Source: Chiloscyllium plagiosum (taxonomy: Eukaryota). From it: 64,000 nucleotides of DNA. This document shows positions 25,938-37,490 of this stretch, one piece after another. Numbering within the stretch: position 1 is the first letter of the stretch; each line of letters begins with the position of its first letter. The stretch covers positions 5,413,241 to 5,477,240 of the forward strand of contig NC_057720.1 in assembly GCF_004010195.1 (NCBI RefSeq). The letters run 5' to 3'. Position numbers and translations under genes: made by a program. Below the pieces are notes generated by a model, which was not told the DNA's origin, made no database searches, and saw only the letters and a list, made by a program, of their open reading frames with translations.

Positions 25938-26941
25938 AAATGGCATGGAATGAACAGGCAACTTTCAAACCCCTACTCTGGTCATTGAAGCTTTGGCAAG
26001 TGTGTGTGCTTTCGGCAGAAATGTGACCAAATTGGTTAGAACTAATCTCGCGCTTCTCTTTCTCCCCGGTGGGAGGCAGCACAATGTGTAGTGTCCTGCC
26101 TCTGCTGGAAGGCCTGGTTTTGAATCTCACTGTAGGACGTGAGAGGCACAGACAACCTGACCCAATGGGTAGATTATCAGCCGATAACTCCTGCTGATAC
26201 ATGCCGGGGAAAGAGCGAGAGAGAGTGATCTCAGACAGATCCCCTTTATTAGTTTGTTTCCCGATAGAATCAGTCAGCTGGTCTTCAGTCCCTAAACTAT
26301 GATGAACGTTTTTCTTTCAACAGATTCCCAGTGCAGTGGTAGAGCATCACCAGGGGGTGGCAGTCCTGCAGCATTTTGATCAGCATGTGCATTGTTTATG
26401 TTAGACAAGTAGGACAAGCAAAATGCTCAGCTATCTGACAATATAGGATCCTGGAACAAATTACACATTGAACCATAAACACCTCACATCCACTTTTACA
26501 AAATATGTACAAAGCACTGTCTGGAAAGAATAATAACTAATGCAGGCATGTTTAGTATATCAGGAACTACTCCTGGCAGGTTATAACCTGGTTTACTGAC
26601 AAATACAGAAGCTACTGTCGGCTTACTGATCAGAGACAGGAAGCAACAATAGCTCCCCCACAGTCTGTTAGGAAAGTCAGGAGCAAACAGGTCAAGGAAT
26701 GGTCACTATGACAATGGAATGTTCCAAAAATCCAAATAACGTGGTCTGCCTCATCATAAAACCCACATGGTGTGTGTCTGCCACTGAATAATAGGCTCTG
26801 AGATCAAAGTAACAGTGAACAGTTTGTTTTAGTAAGGTAGGAGTAATGACAATGGAAGGGTAATTCAGAGGAATAAAAGCAAAAATACTGTGGATTCCAG
26901 AAATCCGAAACAAGCAAAGAACGTTGGAGAAACTTATCAGG

Positions 26942-27065
26942 TCTGGCAGCCTCTGTGGGGAGAGAAACGGAGTTAACATTTCCAATCCAGTTTGACTCCT
27001 GTTCTGGCAGCCTCTGTGGGGAGAGAAACGGAGTTAACATTTCCAATCCAGTTTGACTCCTGTTC
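26942..27065 (+). repeat. Perfect 61-bp tandem duplication within a Penelope terminal repeat
   Basis: TCTGGCAGCC...GACTCCTGT appears twice, identical. Confidence 0.95.
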
Positions 27066-27138
27066 AGAAAATGTATTTTAGATTTGGAACGTTAACTTGT
27101 TTGAGTAATTCAGAGATTCAAGCTGATACTTTTTTTTT

Positions 27139-27420
27139 AGATTAGATTATTTACAGTGTGGAAACAGGCCCTTCGGCCCAACAAGTCCACACTGACCCGC
27201 CAAAGCGCAACCCACCCAGACCCATTCCTCTACATTTACCCCTGCCCCTAACACTACGGGCAATTTAACATGGCCAATTCACCTAACCTGCACATTTTTG
27301 GACTGTGGGAGGAAACCCATGCAGACACGGGGAGAATGTGCAAACTCCATACAGTCGCCTGAGGCGAGAATTGAACCCCGGTCTCTGGCGCTGTGAGGCA
27401 GCAGTGCTAACCACTGTGCT
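27139..27420 (-). mobile_element. HE1 V-SINE
   Basis: Near-identical to 6168-6493 apart from a deletion. Confidence 0.9.
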
Positions 27421-27584
27421 CCGGGACAAAAGTTCAAATCCCACTGTGGATTCTGAAATGTTAAGCTTGTCTCAATATGACAGCTGCGAAGGTAAAGTGT
27501 TTAACGAGTTGGGACTATTCATCCAGCGACCTAGGTAATATTCTGGTTCTTAAAGCTAAGGTCAGCAATAGCAGCACTGTCAGC

Positions 27585-27911
27585 CACAACGCTGGCATCT
27601 ACCCAACAATGTTGAAAATTGCCCAGCTCTGTCCTGTACATTAAAAGCAGGACAAATCTAACCTGGCCAGTTACTGCCCCATCAGTCTACTCTTGATCAT
27701 CAGTAAAGTGATGGAAGGTGTCTTCAACCCTGCTATCCAGCAGCACCTGCTCAGCAATAACCTGCTCAGTGATCCCCAGTTTGGGTTCCCCCAGGGCCAC
27801 TCAGCTCCTGACCTCATTACAGCCTTGGTTCAAACATGGAGAAAAGAGCTGAATCCGGGAGGGGAGGGGAGAGTGACAGCCCTTAATATCAAGGCTGCAT
27901 TTAACTGAGTG
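27585..27911 (+). mobile_element. Second CR1-group family RT fragment
   Basis: IISKVMEGV...QFGFPQGHSAPDLITALVQTW...ALNIKAAF. Confidence 0.85.
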
Positions 27912-28121
27912 GAAAAAGTGAGGACTGCAGATGCTGGAGATCAGAGCTGAAAATGTGTTGCTGGAAAAGCGCAGCAGGTCAGGCAGCATCCAGGGAACAG
28001 GAGAATCGACGTTTCGGGCATAAGCCATTCCTGAAGAAGGGCTTATGCCCGAAACGTCGATTCTCCTGTTCCCTGGATGCTGCCTGACCTGCTGCGCTTT
28101 TCCAGCAACACATTTTCAGCT
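27912..28121. mobile_element. Young Penelope terminal-repeat hairpin with 17-bp TSD
   Basis: Perfect 85-bp inverted arms (27942-28026 and 28040-28124). CTGCATTTAACTGAGTG at 27895 and 28122. Confidence 0.9.
28027..28062 (+). ncRNA. Minimal type-I hammerhead ribozyme motif (Penelope-associated)
   Basis: CUGAAGA-A-GGGC(UUAU)GCCC-GAAA-CGUC. Predicted cut after C28058. Confidence 0.65.
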
Positions 28122-28989
28122 CTGCATTTAACTGAGTGTCAACAAACAAGACAGACCTCCATAGAACTGTAAACTAAAAACCATTATCCTCACCTATCAA
28201 GCCCAAGTTTCCAGCAACAATTTTATGAACCTTCATCACCTCTTAAGCACTTAAAACAATTATTGTCCCAATTTTAACCCATTTCAAATCAATTAAAATT
28301 GCATGGAGTTAAAAGCAGACCCTATGTTTTCAACTGCAGAAAATAATATGAAAATGTTACATGTTAAATATTAGGAAGAAAATGGTAGGTTATTTCATAA
28401 CCAGATATCTATCCAACTCATTCTATTAAGACGCCAATAGCAATCTCTTTTTGATATTTATTCTGCAGAGAAAATATTTTCAAATCTTGCTCGAGGCTTG
28501 CCATTTTGCAGCTGTCATCACAATCTGTTAAATAATCCGCTTGTATTTACATTAACAACTACCTTTATTATGCAAACATCCAAAATCATGTCCCTACTCA
28601 ACCTTTCCTCCATTGGGAAAGATGTTTCTTTCAGTTCTGTCAGCCTTAATGTTTACCATAACTTACTGTCATTGATCAGCAGAAGCTGTATTGTTTTATA
28701 AGCTCATGCTTGTGAATTCTTCAGGAGAAATAAGTTGAAAACTAATTATTTAATGACACAAATGTATCTGGAGACCACATGATGACTTTTCATGGTCTAA
28801 TGATAAGTGCATAGCAATAAAGCTTTAGCTTTGAACAACACATACTGTTAAATTGAGATTGACTGTGTGTATCTGTACAGTTCACCTTGCACCATCTTCT
28901 ATTCAGACAAGCAGTGATCTGGGCATGGGCTCCACTGTTGGATTTCCAAATGACAGCTTTTGCCTTCATGTTCATAAAGATTCAACTCT

Positions 28990-29340
28990 TAGTGTACAAG
29001 GTGTTGAGAGGCATAGATTTAGTGAATAGTCAGAGACTTTTCCCAATGCGTAAATGGCTATCAGGAGGGGGCAAAATTTTAAGGTGATAGGAGGAAGGTT
29101 TAGGGGAGATGTCAGAGGGACGTTCTTTACACAGAGAGTGGTGGGTGCATGGAATGCACTGCCAGCAGTGGTAGTAGAGTCAGAGACATTAGGGACATTT
29201 AAGTGACTCTGAGATAGGCACATCGATGATAGTAAAGCGAAGGGGATGTAGGTTAGTCTGACCTTAGAGTAAGATAAAAGTTTGGCACAACATCGAGGGC
29301 TGAAGGGCCTGTACTGTGCTGTTCTGTTCTATGTTCTTTG
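28990..29340 (+). mobile_element. CR1 3' end
   Basis: [14 protein letters not shown] plus a (TTCTA)-like tail. Confidence 0.85.
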
Positions 29341-29504
29341 TTGACAGTAAGCTTCACTTCCATATTGATCTGATAACATTTTAATCTTTTCCCAAATTAC
29401 TTCCCCAATGGCAGTTAGACCAGAGCTTTCAAAACCTTTTCTCACTGTGACCCCATTTTGAGGTTTGAAAATGTTGCAACTACTTGATCAGAATGTGGGG
29501 GGTG

Positions 29505-30742
29505 AAGACTTGATTGAGTTTTTTAAAGAAGTAACAAAGAGGATTGATGAGGGCAGAGTGGTAGATATGATCTATATGGACTTCAGTAAGATGTTCGACA
29601 AGGTTCCCCCATGGGAGACTGATTAGCAATGTTAGTTGTCATGGAATACAGAAAGAACTAGCCATTTGGATACAGAACTGACTCAGAGGCAGAAGACAGA
29701 GGGTCATGGTGGTGGAGTGTTGTTTTTCAGACTGGAGGCCTGTGACCAGTGGAGTGCCACAAGGATCAGTGCTGGGTCCACTACTTTTCATCATTTATAT
29801 AAATGATTTGGATGTGAGTATAAGAGGTATAGTTAGCAAGTTTGCAGATGACACCAAAATTGGAGGTGTAGTGGACAGTGTAGAAGGTTACCTCAGATTA
29901 CAACAGGATCTGGACCAGGTGGGCCAATGGGCTGAGAAGTGGCAGATGGAGTTTAATTTAGATAAATGCAAGGTGCTGCATTTTGGGAAAGCAAATCTTA
30001 GCAGGACTTATACACTTAATGGTAAGATCCTAGGGAGTTTTGCTGAACAAAGAGACCTTGGCTGGCAGGTTCATAGCTGTTTGAAAGTGGAGTCGCAGGT
30101 AGATAGGATAGTGAAGAAGGCGTTTGGTATGCTTTCCTTTATTGGTCAGAGTATTGAGGACAGGAGTTGGGAGGTCATGTTGCAGCTGTACAGGACATTG
30201 CTTAGGGCACTTTTGCGTGCAATTCTGGTCTCCTTTCTATTGGAAAGATGTTGTGAAACCTGAAAGGATTCAGAAAAGATTTACAAGAATGTTGCCAGGA
30301 TTGGAGGATTTGAGCTATAGGGAGAAGTTGAATAGGCTGGGGCTGTTTCCCTGGAGCAGTGGAGGCTGAGGGGTGACCTTATAGAGGTTTATAAACTCAT
30401 GAGGGGCATGGATAGGATAGGTTTTCTCCCTGGGGTGGGGGAGTCCAGAGGTAGAGGGCATAGGTTTAGAGTGAGAAGGGAAAGATATAAAAGAGACCTA
30501 AGGGGCAGCTTTTTCACGCAGAGTGTGGTACGTGTATGGAATAAGCTGCCAGAGGAAGTCGTGGAGACTGGTAACATTACAGCACTTAAAAGGCATCTGG
30601 ATAGGCATATGAATAGGAAGGGTTTGAAGGATATGGGCCGGGTGATGGCTGGTGGGACTAAATTGGGTTGGGATATCTGGTCGGCATGGACAAGTTGGAC
30701 CGAAGGGTCTGTTTCCGTGCTGTACATCTCTACGACTCTATG
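29505..30742 (+). mobile_element. CR1 (HER1-like) RT to 3'UTR
   Basis: VTSGVPQGSVLGPLLFIIYINDL...KFADDTK (ORF 29706-30263). Confidence 0.95.
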
Positions 30743-30954
30743 ACCTATCGAGCAGAGGGAAGGGAGAGATTATCAGTGAAAACAATCAGCAGGGAGCAGG
30801 GGATGTGGAAGGGGAAGAGATCTGGCTTGCAGTTTGGGATCTCAAATTTATACTCTTTAGGGTCTTCATCTTCACTTGGGAAGCCCTAATTGACCCTGTA
30901 AGATAAATTGATGCAAGATCTCCTTCCGATGGTCTGCATATTTACTTGAATGGA

Positions 30955-31175
30955 ACAAAGAACTGGAAGTCTGAAATGAAAAACAGAAATCGCTGGAGAA
31001 ACTCAGCAGGTTTGGCAGCATCTGTGAGGAGAGAAACAGAACTAACATTTCGGGTCTAGTGACCCTTCTTCAGAACTGTTTTGAAGAAGAGTCACTGGAC
31101 TCAAAACGTTAACTCTGTTTCTCTCTCCACAGATGCTGTCAGTCCTGCTGAGTTCTCCTGCAATTTTTGTTTCTG
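30955..31175. mobile_element. Penelope terminal-repeat hairpin, family 2
   Basis: Inverted arms of about 90 bp centred near 31077. Relatives at about 17000, 23040, 24660, 46570, 47400 and 63430-63640. Confidence 0.75.
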
Positions 31176-31804
31176 CTAGACATTTACTTCCTCAACAGAG
31201 CTGCAAATTTTTGCTTGGTGCAATACCCAAACCAAATACCATCGACTGAAATGATCAGCCTACTCGTGGAATTATAGCAAGAACTATAAATAACTCAACA
31301 CCATTAATTACATCCAAATTGTCAGGGAGAAAAGACCTTTCGCAAGTTAAATTATATTGCATTCCTGTTGAATGTTAGTTAAAAATGTCTTATTAAAAAC
31401 AGTGAAGGTTTGGTTGTCTAGTGAGCTCATTTAGGGTACTTTACCCTATAATGATCTGACTATTTTAAACTCGACCTTTTAACCTCATTACCATTTTAGC
31501 TTTTTGATTGATGCTTTGGAACCCTTTAGCCTGTGCTGACAGTGAATTTGTTGTATTTTCTTTCTTTCAGTAATGGCAATCACCCTGTCCCTGTTGTGGT
31601 GCTGTTTAGATTCATTTGCAGAATGGCATTCCTTCCAATTCCCAGCTGATGAGTCTCAATCTTGCTGATGGTGAGGAAAACCAGGAGCTCCTTCTTGGAG
31701 GTGAGGTTGGAAAAGGACAGGGGAGAAGGGCTTAAAGAAGCAGTTTTCAGGAGAGCTGAGGATTACCTATCCCCACCAGGATGATCCTAGAAGGTTATTA
31801 ATCA

Positions 31805-32110
31805 CTTAGGGACATGGGCATCGCTGGGTGGCCAACATTTATTCCCCATTCCTAGTTATCCTTGACAAGATGGGGGTGAGCTGCCTTCTTGAATTGCTGC
31901 ATGTCATATGCTGTAGATTGACCCACGATGCCTTTAGGAAGGGAATTCCAGGACTTTGACCCAGTGACATTGAAGGAATAGCAATATATTCCCAAGTCAG
32001 GATGGTGAGTGGTTTGGAGGAGAACTTGAAGGGGGTGGTATTCCCATGGATCTGCTACTTTTCTCCTTCTAGATAGTCGTGGTTACAGGATTGGAAGGTG
32101 CTGTCTCAGA
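31805..32110 (-). mobile_element. 3' end of the second CR1-group family
   Basis: Reverse complement of 10300-10560. Confidence 0.75.
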
Positions 32111-32114
32111 ATTT

Positions 32115-34198
32115 TTTTATGAGATTACGATGATTGGCAAAGGCATGTGATTTTGGATTAACACTGAATGAGTTGATAAGAGACCATTTGTGATTAATGA
32201 TGTGACCATATAAAAGCATCTATTAGCTGAAGCCCAACAGGACTTCAACAGGCACTACAATTGGTTTTATCATGGTGAAATGCAGCAAGTGGAGCATATG
32301 AACCGGAGGGTATTCTGACAGAAGTAGACACTCTCGCCAGTCCGAGCTTGGGGAACAACTTGAGTGAAGGCATAGCCTCACTCAGGAAGTATCCTGAGCA
32401 GGTGGACCCGAGGTCAGCCCACAGCAAAACAAAGCCAAGCTACAGCCAAATGCTTAAAATGTTCTTCAGGATCTGGACAAGCAGACCATTAAAATTGCTG
32501 CCGGTATGAGGAACTGAGACAGCAAAAGAGTCCTACAAGGTCTGACTTGAGTAAGAGAACTTATAGACTGGTATCCAGGAGAGTGTACACCCTAGAAATG
32601 CATCTACATGCAGCTGGATGAATACCCAATCCATCACAGTACAGGATGGCATATTATTGTTGGAAGCAAGAGTGATTGACCCGAGCAAAGGTCATCGCCA
32701 GACACTGGCTGAACTCCATCAGGGTCAATCAGGGTTTTCCAAAATGAAGACGTTGGCAAGAAGTTTTGTCTGGTGGCCAGGACTGGATGCCAATATAACC
32801 ACATTGGTGGGGCTGTGCCCAGAGTGCCAACAAGGGCAAAAATTTCCACCAGCTGTGCTCCCACTTTCATGGGAATGCCCGGGTAAACCCTGGACTCAGT
32901 TACACATCGACGATGCCAATTCTTTAGTGGGCTCAATGTTGCTGGTCATTGTGGATTCCCACTCAAAGTGGTTGGATGTGCATAGAGTTCATTCATCAAA
33001 TTCAGGGATGATGATTGAGAAGCTGCGAGCATCGTTTGCGATACATGGACTCCTGGAAGTGTTACTCATGGACAATGGGACATCATTTACCAGCAGGGAA
33101 TTCGCGTAGCTGCTAAAGTTGAATGGCACTTGGCATGTTTCAACTATCCATCATCCAATGGTCTGACAGAAAGAGCAGACCAAACTTTGAAGGCAGGCTT
33201 AAAGAAAAAGTCAAAAGCCTCATTCAATACCAAACTGTCCCAATTCCTGTTTGATTACAGAACCATCCCCATAAAACTACAGGGATAGCTCCAGCAGATT
33301 GCTGATGGGGAGAAGACTCCGCACCAGGTTAAACCTGATCTTCCCAGACCTGGTGGGGAGGGGCGCGGAGGGTGAAATAGCATCAGGAACGCCATTGCCA
33401 GTCACAAGACTTGCTGAAGTGAGAAGGACCGTTTATTTTAGAGGACCAATTTTGGTATCTAAACCATGTAAATAGCTGTGCATGGGCAGAAAGCGAAGTC
33501 AAAGTGAGGTCAGGTCCCGTGACATATAATGATCAGATAGGTGAGGTGTCCTGAACATACATGTGGTTCACATGAAAGCTGTTAGCTTGCAAATGGGCAG
33601 GGGCAAAATATACCCGCCCCCTCAAACAGCCAGAAAGGCTGTCAGAAACTGTCGGATCCTCCCTCCATCCAGTATCGAAGAATCTTCAGAATCTGAGATG
33701 GATGCAGATGATAATGCAGAGTTTAGATAAGAGTGGTGCTGGAAACGCACAGCAGATCAGGCAGCATCCGAGGAGCAGGAAAATCGACGTTTCGGGCAAA
33801 AGCCCTTCACCAGGATTGGAGGCAGGGACCTCCAGGGTGGAGAGATATGTGGGGGGGAGGGGGTGTGTGGGGCTGGGGAGAAGGTAGCAAAGAGTCAGTG
33901 AGAGAGAGAGACTCACTGAGGTTCTCGTGGAGAGACCTGCCGTGCTTTTCCAGCTCCACTCTAATCTAAACTCTGGTTTCCAGCATTTGCAGTTCGCAGA
34001 TGATAATGTAGTCTCAATACTGTTACTGCCTGAAGAAGACGAGGAATTCCTTTTGAGATGCTTGACACATTAGACACAGGCTACGTTCCAGTCTGAATCA
34101 GAGTCAGAGGAACTGGAATTGGTGCAAAAATGTCCCAGGAGAAGCTACAAGAGAAAGAACAGGCTCTATCCCAGACTTTGGTGGTGGTGGGGGGGGAA
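32115..34198 (+). mobile_element. Third Gypsy copy: gag remnant fused by deletion to integrase, ending in a PPT
   Basis: LAELHQG..KMKTLARSFVWWPGLD...CPECQ (HHCC region) and PWTQLHID...VDSHSKW...DNGTSFTSREF (rve core). G-rich PPT at 34180-34198. Confidence 0.88.
33717..33995. mobile_element. Penelope terminal repeat with 13-bp TSD
   Basis: GCAGATGATAATG at 33704 and 33996. Confidence 0.8.
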
Positions 34199-35807
34199 TG
34201 TAGTGATTTGAACCAGGGGCTGGTGGATTTCATTAAGTATGAGTTCCTTGATTGGAGCTGTTAACCTGGGCCAATCAGGGAGCCCTGCGGACAGATATAA
34301 ACAGGAGTCTCTGGGGATCCCCAGTGGAGGGCTCTCTACGCGGGAGTTCCCCCCCCCTTCTCTCGGGGATCTGGGGTGGAGGGTGCTGCACGCAGCAGTC
34401 CCCTGCAACCGCAGATTGCGGTGGTTCACGGACTCCCAGCCCAACTGCTTGTTCTGTGGCGCTGCGGAGTCCGTGGACCATGTATATATTGGGTGTGGGC
34501 GTTTGCACTCCCTCTTTGATTTTCTTAAAAACCTCCTCCTCTGCTTTTGGTTGCACTTCAGTCCCACGCTCCTGATCTTTGGGCACCCAGTACGGAGGAA
34601 GGAGGGCAGGTCTGAAGACCTCCTCGTGGGTCTGCCCCTGGGCCTGGCCAAACTGGCCATCAACAGGTCCAGGCAGCGGGCCGGGGAGGGGGTCGTTAGG
34701 GCCGACTGCCTGCCCCTCTTCCGCGGTTACGTCAGAGCCCGGGTGTCCTTGGAGAAGGAGCACGCGGTGCCCACCAACACCCTGGAGTTGTTCAGGGAGA
34801 GGTGGGCGCCGCAGGGAGTGGAGTGCATCATTTCTCCCTCCAATTCTATTTTGATTTAGTCCCTACCCTCCCCTTCACTGTTTTGATCACACAGCACTGC
34901 CCTTTGATGTGAAGGGCAGTGTTTGTCACTGGCCACCCGGATGTTTCCTATCTTCCTGGTGGTGGAAACTGAATAAAGATTTGTGCACTTTGTGTCTTTC
35001 ACTGTGTCTCACACCTGAACACACACATACCATGGGTGCTGGGGAAAAAATAAGCACTACCGCACTTAGGTGGTAGTGTGGGGGTTAAATTATAAAAAGA
35101 AAAAAAAAGGGAAAAAAAATATAATCAGGAGAGGAGCACTACCGCAGTTAGGCGGTAGTGTGGGGTTAATTAAAAAAAAGAAAAATGAAAAAAAAATCTA
35201 AAAACTGATCACACAACATTGCCTTTTGTGAAGGGCACTGCTTGTCACTGGCCACTCAGGTATTTTCCCTATTGAGAATTGGAGCAGTGTGAGTGTGCAC
35301 GTGCAAAGACTCTCCTCCTTGAAGGGAACTGTCCCTTAAAAACAAAAATAAACAGGAGTCTCTCCCTTTGATGAGAAGGGCAGTGCTTGTCACTGGCCAC
35401 TCGGGTGTTTTCCTGTCTTCCTGGTAGTGGAAACTGAATAAAGATTTGTGCACCTTGTATCTTTCACTGTGCATCACACCTGCACACACACACCATGTGT
35501 GCTGGGGAAAAAATAAGCACTACCGCGGTTAGGCGGTAGTGTGGGGGTTTAAGAAAAAAGGGTAAAAGAGGACATCAAATAAGCACTACCGCAGTTAGGC
35601 GGTAGTGTGGGAGAAAAGAAAAAAAAGAAGAAAAAAAAATAAATAAAAGAGGACATCAAAATTTTTTTTTAAAAGTAAACAGGAGTCTCAGAGAGTCTCC
35701 CTACTCCAGGGACTAGCTTTGAGCTGGCTGGTCAGAGTCCATGTACTGAGCGTGTGTAAATAAAGGTAACTTGGTGACAGGATGTCAGCCTCCATGGAGT
35801 TATTTCA
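34199..35807 (+). mobile_element. Gypsy 3' LTR (about 230 bp when reconstructed) split at its TATA box by a Tx1 array
   Basis: TG start after the PPT, CCAAT at 34271, TATAAA at 34296. Resumes at 35676, carries AATAAA and ends TTATTTCA. Confidence 0.8.
34312..35675 (+). mobile_element. Tx1/L1-clade 3' end array (longest unit 34312-35120)
   Basis: ORF2 C-terminus open to the stop at 34859 (zf-RVT CLFC...H...C; LAKLAINRSR). 3'UTR, poly(A) and further short units follow. Confidence 0.88.
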
Positions 35808-35839
35808 GAAGATAAATGCAATGTTAGCAAATATTTCAG

Positions 35840-36340
35840 ACTGCATTTCGAATGTTGTGAGCAGTTTTGGGTCTGTATCTAGGGAAAGATGTGCTGGTAT
35901 TAGAGGGGATCCAGAGGAGGTTTACAGGAATGATCCCGGGGATGAAGGGCGTTTAATAAGAGGAGCGGTTGAAGACTCTGGGTCTGTACTTTATAGAGTT
36001 TAGAAGGATGAGGGGAATGTGACTGAAACATACAGAATACTGAGGAACTTCGATAGAGTGAATGTGGAGAAGATGTTTCCACTTGTAGGAGAGACTGGGA
36101 CCAAAGGGCCAGCCTCAGAGTGAATGGATGACCCTTTCGAACTGAAATAGGGAGGAATTTCTTCAGCCAGAGGGTGGAGACTCTGTGGAACACATTGCTG
36201 TGGATGCAAATCCTTTGGTATATTTAAGACAAAGAATGATAAGTTCTTGATTAGTGAGGTGATCACGGGTTACAGGGAGAAGACAGGAGAATGAGGTTGA
36301 GAAACATATTAGCCATGATCGAATGGCAGAGCTGTTTCTG
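35840..36340 (+). mobile_element. CR1 3' fragment
   Basis: VLVLEGIQRRFTGMIPGM..., plus the 3'UTR. Confidence 0.8.
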
Positions 36341-36716
36341 CTATAGCAGTGATGTAGCAGCTTCCACAACCAAGTTCCAAACCCCAACAACTACTGAAAG
36401 TTAAACTAAAACCCAGTTCTGTGGGAGCCTGACCCCACCCGTTCAGGTTGCTTCTATTGTTCCATCTTTCAAAAAAAACCCAAGGCCTCATAAGCTGTTT
36501 ACTTCATTGGCTTTGAGCAGACTGCTCCTCACTTTTGTCTCAACTTCTCCATAAAAAACAGGATAAAATACACCTCTTAAAGCCATAGTATCGTCACACC
36601 TCATCCTCCTTAAAAATAATGCACTATTCATATACAAAGATGGTTTCATTTTTAAAAACCTTTAGACTAATGCTATTAGTACACTACAATACATATATAC
36701 ATATACATTACATTAC

Positions 36717-37490
36717 TTGAGCAAATGTGAGGTCTTGCACTTTGGAAAAAAGAATACAGGGACGGACTGTTTTCTAAACAGGGAGAAAATTCATATAGCT
36801 AAAGTACGAAGGGATCTGGGAGTGCTAGTCAAGGATTCTCTAAAGGTTAACTTGCAGGTTGAGTCCGTGATCAAGAAAGCAAATGTAATGTTGTCATTTA
36901 TCTCAAGAGGGTTGGAATATAAAAGCTCTAGTTAGGCCCCATTTAGAATACTGTGTCCAGTTTTGGGCCCCACACCTCAGGAAGGACATACTGGCACTGG
37001 AGCGTGTCCAGCGGAGATTCACACAGATGATCCCTGGAATGACAGGCCTAACATAAGATGAAAGCTGAGGATCCTGGGATTGTATTAATTAGAGTTTAGA
37101 AGGTTGAGGGAAGATCTAATGGAAACTTATAAAATAATGTATGTCTTAGAAAGGGTGGATGCTGGGAAGTTGTTTCCGTTAGGCGGGGAGACTAAGACCA
37201 TTGGACACACCTTAGAATTAGAGGGGGTCAATTTAGAAGGGAAATGAGGAGATATTTCTTCAGCCAGAGAGTGGTGGGCCTGTGGAATTCATTGCCATGG
37301 AGCGCAGTGGAGGCTGGGACATTAAATGTCTTCAAGGCAGAGATTAATAAATTCTTGATCTCATGAGGAATTAAGGGCTAAGGGGAGTGTGCGGGTAAGT
37401 GGAGTTGAAATCCACATCAGTCATGATTGAATGGCGGAGTGAACTCGATGGGCCGAATGACCTTACTTCCACTCCTATGTCTTATGGTCA
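36717..37490 (+). mobile_element. CR1 3' fragment nested in Gmr1
   Basis: KCEVLHFGKKN...RDLGVLV. Confidence 0.9.

Noticed and set aside
26348..26363. CTCF-like site TCACCAGGGGGTGGCA
   Set aside because: Mismatches at core positions; expected by chance in 64 kb.
29706..30263. Functional reverse transcriptase gene
   Set aside because: 5'-truncated, frameshifted CR1 fragment.
31571..31700. Exon after a strong TTTCTTTCAG acceptor
   Set aside because: All three frames from 31571 hit stops before the donors, and there is no other support.
1628..35807. One giant 34-kb Gypsy bounded by the LTRs at 1.7 and 35.8 kb
   Set aside because: The same gag segment occurs three times (about 2.2, 19.3 and 32.2 kb) and the LTRs are strongly diverged, so these are separate copies.
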